A DNA stretch of 64,000 nt from the human T2T-CHM13v2.0 reference genome, Homo sapiens: assembly GCF_009914755.1 (NCBI RefSeq), contig NC_060931.1. One strand, 5' to 3'. The notes beneath the pieces are model-generated. The model was not told where the DNA came from. It ran no database searches and was given only the letters and a program-made list of their open reading frames with translations. This document shows positions 15,454-35,265 of this stretch, piece after piece. The position numbers were made by a program, and so were the translations under genes. Each line of letters opens with the position of its first letter. Positions within the stretch are counted from its first letter, which is position 1.

Positions 15454-15778
15454 TGAAGTGTTGTTTTAAAGATTAAATGAGATAATTTACATGATGATAT
15501 TTGCATAGTATTCAACAAATATTGGCCATTATTATTGTTTTTAGGTATTCTGCCATGTGGTCCTTAAACATTGATAGTCCCCTTTTTATTTCATTTCCTT
15601 GGAAGTGAAAAGATTGTAAAGGAAGAGGCACAAATCCATGAACTGAAGTTTCTCGAGAGTAAGGACCGTATCCAATTTATTATTGTATTTCCACTACCTA
15701 GCATAGTGCTTAGCAGACAGTAAATATTTGTTAAGGAAATAGAAGAACCACTAATATAAAACATAACTTTGATTATAA

Positions 15779-16568
<790 letters not shown>

Positions 16569-17042
16569 AAGTCAGTACTATCATCATCTTCATATGCTGT
16601 GATTTTGACTGGTTTAAATCTAGTCTGAAAGAGAAGATTTTGTCTGTATTATTTTATGTAAGCAGGCATTATTCAAACCAAACAAAAGCAAGCACAAAGC
16701 GAAAATGCTCTTTGGTTAGGCACAATTCTAAAAAGATATCTAAGTAAGGTTTTTGGGGACCAGCATCATATTACTAAGTTCTGTGCCAGGAACATGCTTA
16801 ATTCCTGACATAAATGCTAAATTGGTTGATACAGTAAGCAGACTGAGAACAACAGCAGAACAGTTTTCATTGTTTAATTTTACTCAAGTCAAAATTCTGT
16901 AACCACCTTTAATACTATTACAAAAACATTGTAAAAGGTTTACAGGGCAGCTAACACAAGTAAACAAAGCTTCTGATTATGGCAGTATTTCCTTTTAATT
17001 CTTAAGAATAACAGACTATAAATGTAACAATAAACTATAAAG

Positions 17043-17340
17043 GGCCGGGCACGGTGGTTCACGCCTGTAATCCCAGCACTTTGGGAGGCCGAGATGGGTG
17101 GATCACCTGAGGTCAGGAGTTCGAGATCAGCTTGGCCAACATGGTGAAACCCCATCTCTACTAAAAATACAAAAATTAGTCGGGCATGGTGGCGGGCGCC
17201 TGTAGTCCAGCTGCTCGGGAGGCTGAGGCAGGAGAATCACTTGAACCCAGGAGGCAGAGGTTTCATTGAGCCGAGATGGAGCCACTGCACTCCAGCCTGG
17301 ATGACACAGCCAGACTCCGTCTCAAAAAAAAAAAAAAAAA
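17043..17340 (+). mobile_element. AluS
   Basis: Alu consensus; TSD aaactataaag. Confidence 0.93.
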
Positions 17341-18276
17341 CTATAAAGAACAGTCCAACTTCTTTGACTTAATCCTTTTGTTGCATTGAATCGCATTTGA
17401 ATTAAGCAGATGCTTGGGTAGAGCATTATATAGATTTGACATTGATATGAAATTAGAAAAGTTAAAGTATTTTCATGAATATTCTAACTTCAAGGGGCAT
17501 AATGCCGAAGACTGCCCAGCAAGTGGTTATCTATAGAAGACAGTCAATAGGTACTGAATGGATGCATGAAAAAAAATGAATGGATTAAGAGAGCAGATTA
17601 CTTTAGAAAAAATTGTGTTACCTAGGAGTAATTAACAGGAATTTTTGTGGAGTAATAATTGTCCTGGAATCATGTTTGTTATTTCCATCCTTTTTAGGGA
17701 AAACTAGAGGACTCAAAGAGACAGCCAGTCAGAAAGAACATAAGAAACTTAAGAGAACATCTGGTTAGAGATGCATTATTAAATTCAGCACTAATTCTAT
17801 AGAGTCTATCATTGAAAAATCATCAAACTGTTAATGCTAGAAAGGTAGAATATTCCAGCCCAATGCAGCCGATAGACTGCTGAAACAAACACAGTAACAC
17901 AATGTGGCTTCCTTAATATCTAAGAGACCTGCAGAGCTAGTTAGACAATAAGTTTCTGAGATTTAAAACAAGTCTTACCATGAACAGAAACTCATAATGA
18001 AATGATGGATTTCCATGTTGTAGAACTCTTTAGCATCAGAAAAAGATTCAAAGTTTCTGAGAAGATTCACTTTGCAAATATTTTAGCACAATTACTCATT
18101 ATATGAGCATTCTTGTCTATCATAGAAAAAAATGTGTTATTTAAAACCCAGAATGACTACAGCTGCTTCATTCTTCTAAGGTGGAGTGGCTGAATTCTAT
18201 CAATGGGAAAATTCCTCTCTACGTTGTTTCTTTCCATTTGCAGAGGCAGGTAGAAGAAGAAGAAAACAGAGATTGA

Positions 18277-18993
<717 letters not shown>

Positions 18994-19523
18994 CATGTGA
19001 TGAGTTTTGATATGCAAAAGTAAACCAGAGTCCCTAAGTAGGTGGAAAACTAAATTAATTAGAAAATTAAGCTGTGGGAATTGTGATGAAGTGCTTTTTC
19101 CTGAAGATATTAGCCTGGAGAATGAAACCAGAGATTGCTGACCATGGAAGGTGACCAGTAAAAAATTCCAGTAGATGGAATTGCTGAGGATGTCAAAAAC
19201 AAGAATATCTAATGATTCATTTTAAGATGTTTCACCAGAGTAATATAAAATCTATTCCCTCAGTCTGAATCTTCAATAAAATTTAACACACACAAAGTTT
19301 AGTGTGTATTATGGGAGTGGATTTTTTTTAAATAAATTGAGATAAAGAAGTCATGTTCCACAGCTGGATCTGCACAGTGTTCAAGAGTTCTGTATCAGGA
19401 AGTTGGATTTGGAGAAAGTCATTCTGAGGAAATTCAAAGAAATATCGAGAGGATATTAGATCTTCCGCCAACTGTGAGATGAGGGTTAACTCAGTTTTTG
19501 GTATGTTCAAGGGCAGAATCTAT

Positions 19524-19990
19524 CAATTAAGATGACTTTGGTTGCAAGTAACAGAAAACCTTAATTCAACTTGACTTAAATAATAAGAGAGTTTAATATC
19601 TACATAACAGGAAGTATGGAGGAAGGGCAGGAAATATGGAGGAAGGGTTGATTGACATCAAGGATGCAGATTCTTTCAATATGTTCCTCTGACATTTCCA
19701 GCTGAGAGCAAAGTGGCTATAGCTGTGCCTGTCAACACATCCACACAGAACATCCAGAGGAAGGAAAGAGGCCATTTATTAACATCTCCTTTTGAAAAAT
19801 TTGGAAACCTTTTCAAGAAGCAACTCAACAGAGTTTCTTACACATCTAATTGGCCAGAGCTATATCACATGCCTGCCATTAAACCATTCTTTTGGCAAGA
19901 GGGATTGCTCCTATTCTGAAACACCTTAATTGTCTTAGACCAATCAGGATTTACTTCTTAGTGTCACCTTTACCTGAGTCACAAGGGGGA
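19524..19990. mobile_element. Old MaLR LTR (MLT1J/K-like)
   Basis: gactttggttgcaagtaacagaaaacc..aattggccagagctatatcacatg. Confidence 0.65.
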
Positions 19991-20334
19991 TAAGTCGATA
20001 CCTAACAAAATCAGGGTTTTAGGTATGTAGTGTGACCTCCACTGATATTTGAGTCTCAAGGAAAACAATACATTGCAGAATGATTGTGTTAATATATATA
20101 TGTGAAATATTGTGTATTTATCTTAGAGGAGTTTGGGAAACCATTTATGTAAACTACTTGGATTGGGCAACTTGAAATAATATTAAGGCTACTTTGATTA
20201 GTAGTTATATAGTCATAAATAATGGTTTCAGTGGTTTTTTCAACAGAAAACTTCTTTCTTTATATGAAAATAAGAGAAACAGAGCCTCAAAGTTGATTTT
20301 TCCCTAGTATAAAGGAGTTAGAACACATTTAAAA

Positions 20335-20745
20335 TGTGTTCAGTTTAAGGTATCACATTTTATGAAAACTGACAAAACTAGAATGTGTCACAGAAATCAT
20401 ATACTATGAGGATTAGAAAAATAAGCTGGAAATGTTTAACTTGGGAAAAAAGTGTTTGAAAGAATATAACAGAATCTTCATTTGTTTGAAGAGTTGGTGT
20501 GTGAAATAGAATATAGACTTACTCTGAGTAGTTCCAAAGGTTAGAAGAAGAACAAATGTCTGGAAATTACAGTGAGATATTCTTCAGTTCAAAATAACAT
20601 AGACCTATCTAAAATAATTAAAGCTGCCCCTGAGCTTTCTCATAAAATATTGATTTCCCCATTGGAAATTTCCAAGAAGACCGTATATGACCATCTAGCA
20701 GCAATGTTGTTGAGAGATTCTTGCTTTGGGTGGGAAACCAGACCA
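20335..20745 (+). mobile_element. CR1/L3 LINE remnant
   Basis: Degenerate motifs gacaaaactagaatgtgt..tatgagga..ctggaaatgtttaacttggg. Confidence 0.55.
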
Positions 20746-20812
20746 GGTCAAAGTGACTTTGTAACCATGGTCTGCAACCTACTATGAGGTAGGTTGTGGT
20801 TAACCTATGAGC

Positions 20813-21330
20813 TGTGATGGTTAATTTTATGTGTCATCTTGGCTGAGCCATAAATTGCCCAAATAGTTGGTTAATTATTATTCTGGGTGTGTCTGTGAGG
20901 TTGGTGCTGGATGACATTAACATTTGAATCAGAAGATTGAATAAAGCAAGTTGTCCTATCTACTATGGGTAGCCCTTGTCCAAACAGTTGAAGGCCTGAA
21001 TAGAACAGAAGACTGATCCTCCCTCAAGTAAGAGGGAACTCCTGTCTGACTGCTTTGAACTGGGACATTAATCTTTCCCTCTTCCAGTCTTGAATTGAAA
21101 CACTGGCTGTTTTGGGGTCTTGAGCCAGCTGTTTTTCAGACTGGAACTTACACCATCAGCTCTCCTGGTTCTCAGGCTCTCAGGCTCAGACAAACTATAC
21201 ATTGGCTCTCCTGGGTCTCCAGCTCATTGCCTGCAGATCTCGGGACTTCTCAGCCTCAATTATTGCGTGAGCCAATCTTTTTTTCTCTCTCTCTCTGTTG
21301 GTTCTGTTTCTCTGCAGAACCCTATGACAT
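20813..21330 (+). mobile_element. ERVL LTR, MLT2-like
   Basis: tgtgatggttaattttatgtgtca..ttattctgggtgtgtctgtgagg..ggttctgtttctctg. Confidence 0.85.
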
Positions 21331-22750
21331 GGGCTGAGAACTTCTCCCAAAGCAAGTTCTTTCTTCAGTTCTTATAGGTAAATCGAGTATGTTCTCTAGA
21401 TTATCGTTTTTACTTCCTGCTGGGCTTTGAGAATGACTAGAATTATGGTTCTACTTCAATTTTTATTGTTTCATTCATCATCAGAGTTCTTTTTTTTGTT
21501 TTGTTTTGTTTTGTTTAGAAACACAGAGTTCTTTTTACTAGAAAATTGAAACAGGTAAGCTACAAGGTCTTTTGCCCTACCCCCAAGAATCATGGTAAAC
21601 AATTTTTTTTTTTTAGAAATTCTCTCCAGAAAACCACTTCAAAAGTCTCCTACAACTTTGAAATCTCATTATTACATTTACTTATTGCTTCCAATTGTTT
21701 TTCTTCCTTTGTGACTTCTAGCTGTATTTTTTGTGCTCAAAAAAAATAAAAAAGCTTAAGCACAAAGAGTCAGAAGTAGAATAGAAGGAACAGAGTTACA
21801 GATTGTATTTTTAAACAACAATAAAAGGGTTATTTTTAATAACCATTTCAAAAATACAGAGACATTTTGGATTTTGACTTCAAGTTTCATTTAATAAAAT
21901 TTAGCAAATAGAAGAATGCTAGTGTATTAAACACCTACGTGTAGTTAAATTTTTAGTTTAACATTGAGAAACCTCATGTACATTCAAAAGGAACAGATAA
22001 TTCCAATCTCATTCTCTTTGACAGTGATTAGTTTGTGGCTCATAGCAAGAACAAAGGAGAAAATGAAACTATTATTCTGTGCTGTATAAATCTACTCCAC
22101 CCTGATGACTTCTGCTGAGCATGGAGGTGGAACCGGGTGAATGGTGGTACACAGATAACATTCCAGTTGCTATATTTGTGCACACACAAAAGGGTGTGCC
22201 CACAATTCTCTATCTAGGTTTAAGGGCAAATTAGAAGATTCCAGACTTAATACCAAAAAAGCACTAAAAAAAATCAAAATCCAAGATAGCATTATGCAGT
22301 ACTTATGAGATGCCATACAGAATGAACTATTGAATAAGTTAAAATCCAAATTTCATCAAATTGTATAACTGCAGAATATAATCATTTTGTAAACTGTATT
22401 GAGCTTTAAAAATATATACTTTCTCGTTTCAGGGTGATTTGCATAGAGTTGCCTACTGTCATTATTTTGAGTCTTTCAAGAGAAAAATAAAATTTTTATT
22501 CCTTTCTAAAATGTTGGTCTTTATACCAGTGCAAATTGACTCTAGTGGTTTGCTTGCTATCAACAATTATGTGACATATCCAAGTTCTTCTCAGCCTCAT
22601 ACTCTATGAAAATGTCAAGTATTCGCTACATAATGGGCTATACTGTCTTCAGTGCTTTTCTGTTATCTTCTTCATCTCCAAATCATGAGGTTTACTTAAT
22701 GTCATAAGTTTTCCCTTCTTTGGGATTGTCAGGATCCTCTCCTTTGTTCA

Positions 22751-23524
<774 letters not shown>

Positions 23525-25179
23525 TAATATATTTGTTTTGTTTTTGGCCTTTCCTCTGCACTGATTCCTTTTCTGTTGAAATCCTTAATAGCCTTCAGGC
23601 CAAATCCAAGGATCATAGAACATGTTCACCCTCCCTTGACTCCTTTATTTCTGTCAAAAAAATTAATTAAGGAAACTACTGAATAACCCTGAAATCAACA
23701 AAGGTGCCATTGTTATAAAGGTATAAAGGTATGCAACTTTTAAAAATTGACTTAGAAACAAGGACATAAGTGAAATGCCATTTGCCTATAGTTCTAAAGC
23801 CTTTCAATAATTTATTTAACGCCTATAAAATATTCAGCACAGCACCCTAGGGAAGTTAAAAATTGGGACAATACACATGGCAAAGTTCTTGGGAATACAC
23901 AGAAGGCACCTGTGTTGATCAAGTGACTGCTGACAAGAGAAGACGTAGGGATTGAGAGAGACAGGCAGTGAAGAGCAGATGGAGTAGGAGATAGAGAAAG
24001 TTTAAGGGATGATTTCCGGGAAAGAAGAAAAAGAAAAGGGTAGAAAACAAAGAGAGGAAGAGAATGTGGCAAAGATAAGATCTCTCAGGAGATCTGCTCT
24101 CTTGACCATAATAAGCACCCAACAAGTATTTACAGAATGACTGATTTGAGGGACTCTGATTTCTTCCAAGAGGAAAGACAGGAAATAAGCTAATTCTATT
24201 CAACATACGTTTTAGACATGATTACAGTCTAAACAAAATTTTACATTTTCTAGGATTTCATTCTATATTACAGAAGTTTATTAATTATGTATGAATTCTC
24301 AGTAACTACTGATAAGGGATCCACCAATGCTTTCCTTCAGAAAGCATTCAGATATGGAGTGTAAACAAATACTTTTAATTACTCTTTCACTCATTACATA
24401 AAAGACTTTGGGCTTCTAACTGAAGAAGTTATATAATTAAAACAACCAATACTCATTCTGAGTATTACTTGATTGTCAGAAATACTGAGTCAGGGTTCAT
24501 TTTATACCAAAGTCAAGCCTGACATGAGCTTAATGATTAAGTCAGATTTAAAAATCCTTCCCATCACTGCAGAACATAAAGACAATTTCAGTCCAACATG
24601 TCAGAAATCTCACTTTCAGAAAAGTTGTCACCTTTTCTTTGCACTCCAGCCCGCCAGCCCCTTTAATGTGCTATCCAAGAAAGCAGTGAGGAAGAATCAC
24701 AGGATAACTGTGCTGTAGACAGGAAGAATAACCAGGCCAGTGATCAGGAGGACTGGAGGCCCCCAGGGGAAGAGCTGCAGGAAAAGGGAGACCCCACAGA
24801 TAATATGATGAAATATTTGGAAAGCATTAGGAACATCTGGATAGAAAATTAGATAAGTGAAACAATAAGGCAGATACCAAAGCCAAACAAAAATCTTTAA
24901 AAGGAAATGCAGTCATACTTCTCTATTAAGCTGTGCAGTGAATCATATTTACATCACCATCATGTGGGAACACTGGTTATTATTTTATCAGAAAGTAATG
25001 ATGTTATCAAATTGGGAGAATGGGGAAAGTTGGGGGGTTGTAACAGAGACAAATCTTCGTTATAAGTTTATCAGAAAATGATGATGTTATCGAATTGGGA
25101 GAATGGGGAAAGTTGTGGGGACAGTGATAACAGAGCCAAATCTCTGTCTATCCAATTGTCTATCAAAACAGGAACTCAA

Positions 25180-27671
<2,492 letters not shown>

Positions 27672-27707
27672 CAAAGTCAGCATATGATGTCTAAAATTGA
27701 TAAAATA

Positions 27708-28003
27708 GGCTGGGTGCCACCGTGCATGCCTGCAGTCCCAGCGCTGTGGGAGGCCAAGGCAGGTGGATTGCTTGAACCCAGGAGTTTGAGACCAACCTGG
27801 GCAACATGGCTAAACTTCCTCTCTACAAAAAGTACAAAAAATTAGCCAGATGTGGCGGTGTGTGCCCGTAGTTCCAGGTACTTGGAAGGCTAGGATGGGA
27901 GGACTGCTTGAGTCCAGGATGTGGAGGTTGCAGTGAGCCAAGATCACACCACTGTGCTCCATCCTGGGCAATGGAGTGAGACCGTCTCAAAAATAAAATA
28001 AAA
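27708..28003 (+). mobile_element. AluJ inserted in an old L1M 3' fragment
   Basis: Alu consensus; flanks aaaattgataaaata / aaaactggtaaaata. Confidence 0.88.
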
Positions 28004-28172
28004 CTGGTAAAATAAGAAATGACCATGTAAGCCTATTATTGAGAACGATGAAGATAAATACTAGAAGAAACAGATACAAAAGCTAAAAATACTTGCCTTG
28101 GAGAGAGGGATTTTTCAATATTATTTGATTTTTTAATTTATGTGTATCAATTTGATAATAATTATTTATTAC

Positions 28173-28997
28173 AATAGGCTGAACAATGAATACCCTCACC
28201 TAAAGATGTTTATGTCCTAAGCCCCAGAGCCTGTGAATATATTACTTTAAAGGCAAAAGGATTTGGCACATGTGATTAAGTTACGGATTTTGAGATGGGG
28301 AAATTCCCTTGGATCATTTGGTAAACCCTGTGTAATCACAAGAGACCTTCTATGAGGGAGGCAGGACAGTCAGAGTTGGAAAGGAGATATGATGATGGAA
28401 GCAGAAGACGGAGTGATGAGACTGCCGGCTTTGGAGATGGAAGAGGGCCACAAGTCGAGGACTGAGCAGCCTCTAGAAGCTGGAAGAAGCAAAGAATAGT
28501 ATTCTCCCCTAGAGCAGTCGTCCCCAACCTTTTTGGCATCAGGAACTGGTTTTTTGGAAGAAAATTTTTCCATGGACAGGTGGCTAGCAGGGATAGTTTT
28601 CGGATGAAACTGTTCCACCTTAGATCATCAGGCGTTAGTTAGATTCTCACAAGGAGTACACAACTTAGATCCCTCGCATGCCCAGTTCACAATAGGGTTT
28701 TGCTCCTATGAGAATCTAATGCCACTGCTAAAGTGATGGAAGGTGGAGCGCAGGTGGTAATACTGGCTAGCCCGCCGCTCACCTCCTGCTGTACCACCTG
28801 GCTCCTAACAAGCCATAGACTTGTACAAGTTCCTGGCCCGGGGGTTGGGGACCCCTGCCCTAGAGCCTTCAGAAGGAACACAGTCCTGCCAATCCATTTT
28901 AGACTTTGGCCTCTAGAGCTGTAAAATAAAACTTTTTTTTGTTAGTTTTAAACCACTAAATTTGCATTAATTTGCTGTAGCAGCAATAGGTGACATA
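28173..28997 (+). mobile_element. MLT1D-like LTR interrupted by MER1
   Basis: aaagatgtttatgtcctaa..gtgattaagttacggattttgagatggg..tttagactttggcctctagagctgtaa. Confidence 0.8.
28515..28857 (+). mobile_element. MER1B hAT-Charlie MITE
   Basis: TIRs cagtcgtccccaacc / ggttggggacccctg; perfect 8-bp TSD ccctagag (28507-28514, 28858-28865). Confidence 0.92.
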
Positions 28998-29401
28998 AAT
29001 TTACTTAGAAAATAAAACCACCAGTTGTAGAATGTTAAATAAGAAAAATAAAACATGGTAAGACATGAATTATAGAAAACATGCCATCTGCTGACAGAGT
29101 AATTCAAAATGAAGGAATAATCTAAATCAGAAAGGGATGACAATTTCAATATATTTATCATGGTTTTGTGAATACTCACTATGCATTAGGACAAAGTTTT
29201 GTAACTTAAAGCTAGTCTTCTATGAGTCAATGCGTAGCTACATTCTAATGTTATTTACCACATGTACTTTTTCTTATTCCCACCTCCCTTTTTTTCTTTC
29301 CCATTCCTCAGTGTATCATCTCTCTTCCTGTCACCGATACTCGGTTGGGGTAGCCACCTGGCTCGCATTACAATGATTCTGTCATATCCTGGAATTGTCT
29401 C

Positions 29402-29792
29402 TGTATCAGTCAGAGCTCTCCAGACACAGATACATAGATATATCTATAGCTGTCTAGATTTATTTTAATGAATTGGTTCACATAATTGTGGAGACTGGCA
29501 AATCCAAAATCCATAGATCCACAGGGCAGGCTGGAAGCTCTGCAGGAGTTGACACTGCAGTCTTGAGGCAGAGTTTCTTCTTCTCCAGGAAACCTCCGTT
29601 TTTGCTTATGAGGCCTTCAACTGATTGGATGAGGTTGACCTACACTATTGTGGGTATTCTCCTTTACTTAAAGTGAACTGATTGCAGGTGTTAACCACAT
29701 ATACAAAATGCCTTCACGTCCATACTTAGAGTTTGATTAAATAGCTGGTTACCACAGCCCATCCAAGTTGATGCATAAAATTAACCATCACA
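29402..29792 (-). mobile_element. MLT2-like LTR
   Basis: gaattggttcacataattgtggagactggcaa..ggccttcaactgattggatgagg..cataaaattaaccatcaca. Confidence 0.82.
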
Positions 29793-30209
29793 GGCCCCTT
29801 GAGGGGTGGGTGGCAGGCACCATGGTTGTGCCCCATGACTCTGTTTCCTGGCTCATAGATCACCAGTCTAATAGTGGACACATGACTCCCACCAAACCAT
29901 TCAGAGTCCCAACCCAGGATTTACTAAAGAAACTGGAAAAACAAAACCGAAAGACATCTAGCCCTCTCTAGTGTCGTGGCAGCCATGAGGTATGAGGATT
30001 GGGAGATATCAGTGGCCATATGGACAGTCAGTCATTCTGAAATGGAGGAGACTGAAGCAAACCTACAAAACAGAGACAAGATTTGGAGGAAGAGTCCTGG
30101 TTCCAGTTATCACTGAGGCCCAGATATACTCCTGCATTTTCAGTTGTTGAATTTTTTCAGTTTATGATCTGCTGTCTTATGATTCCCCTCCCCACCCCCT
30201 TTTGATTAA

Positions 30210-30793
<584 letters not shown>

Positions 30794-30909
30794 CTTTCAT
30801 TCCCTTTTTAAATTTGAAGGGATATTTTTCTCATCATCCCTTAGCTAGACTGAGCTGGTTTTATGTCATCTGCAAGCAAAAGAGTCTCAACTAAGAGGGT
30901 ATGATATCA

Positions 30910-32500
30910 TTGGGTTACATACAAATGTTTATGTTTCCCTTTCCTTTCAGATATATGGTTTGATTATCCACTTTGAATAGGCATGACATGTGGCTTGCTT
31001 TGTCAATGAATTATGAGTGCAAGTATGTCACTTTAACAGCCAGTGCAAGATTTGCCATGTTCTATGCACCTGGCAGTCACCTGCAGTGACTGTGAAAACA
31101 CATGTCACTTGGTGCCTCCAACAGGTAGGTTCTTAGGTAACAGTGAAAAGGAGAGAATCCTAGCAAACTGTACATGTAGCATGAGCAAGCAATAAGCTTT
31201 TGTGATGGTAAGCCACTGAGATTTTGAAGTTTTCTGCTACTGCAATATAACCTAGCTTATCTTGATTAACACACAGGGCACTTTCCTTCATAATATTTTC
31301 CCATGATTCATCTTAAAAGAATCAATATTGAGCCAATCAATATGGGGGTGATAACAGTACATGAAACAGAGTTCTTGCCCTCCTAGTAAGAAAGACAAAC
31401 AAGCCATTCCAGATCATCCTAAGATTAATGGAAGTATTAAAGTAGTTTAGGCAGAGAAGTTGTATTTGCCTCCCAGATCATGATGGCTGCACAGTGAAGA
31501 CTGCGTTTAGAGCAGGAAAAGTCTGAACCCATTGAATCTATACTACAATAATAGTAAGGAGGTAATAATGGCTTGGATTAGGGACGTGGTGATAGAAGCA
31601 GAGTGAAATGAATGATTTTGAGATATAATGAGGAGGAAGATTTAGCATATCCTGGTAAATGAGTGGATGTGTAAGAAGTAGAGAGAAAATTCAAAGCAAA
31701 TATTTAGATTTCTGGCTTTGATCATTTGGCTATCATCAGTCAGTTTGGACATGCCTAGTTCGAGCTGGGTACCTACAAAACACTCAAAGAGATATCAGAT
31801 AGGGAATTAAATATATAGGTTTCAAGCTTAGGAGTGAGCTCACAGCTAGAAGTCACCAATATACAGAAAGTAAAGCCATGGGTGTATAAAACCATGGGTG
31901 TAGATGAGATCATCCAAAAAGAATGTGGAGACTAGACTACATTGATAAGAGCCTTACAATTCCTTGGAGTGGCAATATTTAAGCAAAGACAGAGCATGCA
32001 AAGGACAATGAAACAGTTAGGCATGGTATCACAGAAGCCAAGAGAAAAGATTGTTTCAGAAAGGAAAAAATGGTCAATAGCTTCAAATACTATTGAAACA
32101 TTAACAACTAAGATATATCTCATAATAGGAATGATGTTGGTAAGTTTATCAAGAGTAGTTTCACAGCAGTATTGGGGGTAAAAGTCTAATATATGGTTGA
32201 GGGTAACTTGGAGGTGAGGAATTGGTGATAAGCAAGCATAGACAATTTTCTCAAAAATTCTCCTTAGGGGAAAGGATAATTTGAGCAGAAGCTAGAAGGA
32301 GGATATGCATGAAGAAGACACTTTAACAAATGAGAATGCTAATGGCAAGAAACCAGTAAAGAGTGAGAGGCTGAAGACACAACAGAAAGAGAATAATTGA
32401 TGGACCAAGGTCCCAACTAGACAGGAGTAGCCAAGACCTAGAATACGCATTGAATGATGGCCTCTATTGTAAAAAGAATGGAGGAAGGAATGAGTATAGT
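30910..32500. mobile_element. Old MaLR LTR (~30910-31275) followed by an L2 remnant
   Basis: taagccactgagattttgaag..gcaatataacctagc; purine-rich L2 motifs (gatttctggcttt, tggacatg, gtagatgagatcatcca). Confidence 0.6.
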
Positions 32501-32945
32501 TCAAAACTTGTTAATTTGATTATAAGTAGTAACTAACACACACTCATGTTATTATTAATTGAATTCTTATAATAAAGTATATAAGTGTAGAAATATAGAG
32601 TAATATAAATATCCTGTTTACTATTACTATTTTCTCTGACTCTCAAGACTCAAACTACCTAGATTCATGGGACCTAGCCAGCCATTTCTTGTTTTGGTAA
32701 GTGCCTTATACAATGTCTGAAATACTGCAAATATTTCACAAGTGGTAATTTAACCCCATTTCCTTGGCTGACTCTGGATTCAAATAGTTAGGAGCTTCAT
32801 CACTGATGATATCTGATTCTTTTTCTAGCTTCTCCATTAGTCTGATCTACTCTACCTGCCATATACCTCCTGAGGTTATAAATATCTTCTGTTCTGGTCT
32901 ATCACTACTTCTACCTTTTTCCAGGATAAATCAATTCATTTATAA

Positions 32946-33146
<201 letters not shown>

Positions 33147-34159
33147 TGATGCTGGGTATAGGGTAATCCCTCAAAAATAATATAACTTATAAAACTGAAT
33201 AAAAACAAAAATGGATGTCAATTTTCATAGTGACAGGGACTGACCAAAGGCATATTTTCACAGACTTTGTCCAAATGTATCAAAGAGCATTTTAAAGTAT
33301 TAAATTGGGTTCTTCCCTTACTAGTAATGAAAATGCATAATTTTATTTATAATTAACAAGTGTAAAAAGTTGTTCAAGATTGAAAAACTGAAAAACTTGC
33401 AGAGAAATAAGGGAATAAAATAGAGCCACGTATATCTATTACCTCGTTAAGGGGAAATATTTCATCTGGAAGATCAATCCAAACAATAACTTCTAAAAAC
33501 TAAATGCTTAATTACATACCAATAAGAATCAATTTTGGAGCTAGTTCAGTGATAGGAAGACAATGTAAAATACCTTATCTTATATGCTAAATTAGATAAT
33601 ATAAAAATACTACACAGCTATACATCCACAATTTTATTTAATAAGTATATCATTAACATTTTCTTAATATATCAGAAAAGATGAAAAGAAACAATATAGA
33701 AATATTTTCAGCTATACAAATTCAGGGCTTCCATGACAAATAAAGGCTAAAGATTCCACCTTTATTTACATACATTTTTTTCTTCATAGAAAAAGTCGAT
33801 ATCCAATAAAATGTTACCTAATGTAACCCCAGGCAAAGTGAATGCCATGACTGGACAATGGAGACTTATTCGTTGAACCGTTACACCTAATTACCATGTG
33901 CCAGATACTGTTCTAAGCACTCTATGGATGTTAGCTCATTTAATCTTAAAACCATGTCATAGAATATGGTAAAAAATAAAAATGAAAAAACTAAAATTGC
34001 TACTTTTCTCCCCACCTCTTCATCCTACCCCATCATATATTGTCAGTAAATGGACAGCAGGAGTCCAATGAAAATATATTTAACTTGGACTCAAAAGATT
34101 TGAGTTAGTTTCTGGCTCTATTTAGGGTTCTGTGTGACCTTGAACAAGTTATTGAAACC

Positions 34160-34353
34160 AGAACTTCCCAAACCTGACTGATCATTGGAATTCAAGGGAG
34201 AGTGTTATTACAGTTACAGATGCCTTGGACTTCACCCAGTATTTTCTAATCCTAAATCTAAATATTTTCTGTTTAGAGTGGGACTTGAGAATCTGAATTG
34301 CCTTTGAAACTACACAGGTGATTGTGATAAGCAGTCACATTTGGGAACCACTG
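34160..34353. mobile_element. MER5-like hAT MITE
   Basis: ttcccaaacctgactgatcattggaat..gagaatctg..caggtgatt..tttgggaaccactg. Confidence 0.7.
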
Positions 34354-35265
34354 ATAGAGTAGTCTTATCCTCTAATCCCTTGACAGAAAAGTATAGAAAT
34401 ATGTGGTCCACAAGGGTCGTCGGCATGAAGGGGAGAATTATGAAGACCCAAACTCTCATAACCCCACTCTTTACACATTCTCATTAAAGCTGTGTTTAGA
34501 TATTCTAGATGACCCTTTTGTTGTGGGTCATCCGGACTATCTAAGCCCAACAAACATATCCAGAGGCATATCATACAGGTGACTGTCATCTGCATCACCT
34601 ACTTAAGCCTATCTCTCCAAGGCATGACGTCATTAAAAATGAAGTGGGAAATTGAGGCAATGGTTCCACCAATTTAAAGTACAAACCCAAATAAACTATC
34701 TTCACATGAATGTGCTGAAAATGTGTACGACCTCCTAAAAAAGTTTCTGAGGTGATTGTATCAGCTTTTTTCCCGCTAATTCAACTAAACATCACAATAT
34801 ACATTTTACTCATCCCCAAAATATTTTCTGAGTACTTATTTTGGGCACCATGAAGGATACAAAAATGAATAAAACAATGTACCTGTCTTCAAGCTGGTAA
34901 AGATACAGCCATAAACATAAGAATTGTAGTTTTCAGTTTTAAAAACGTTAAGTTTGGCTGAATTTTGGAGATGCTGCAGGCAATCAATAATAAGCCAGAA
35001 ATGTCCATATTATAAATACATTCTGGACTGTCATATCAAGCTGGTGACCCTGGTATAAAGTACTAAAAGAAACAATATATTTTGAGAATCTCAAAATGTG
35101 TGTTTGGGTATGTTACTTGACAACTGTAGTGAATTTTTAAGTCTTTAAAAACTAGTCTCAGAGCGCTAGTCTTTCAGCACTCTGAGCCTATTTCTTTCAA
35201 CAATTTGTATCTCACAAAATTGTGAAAACAAAATGAAATAGTACAAATGTCAAGGTGTCACGGAA

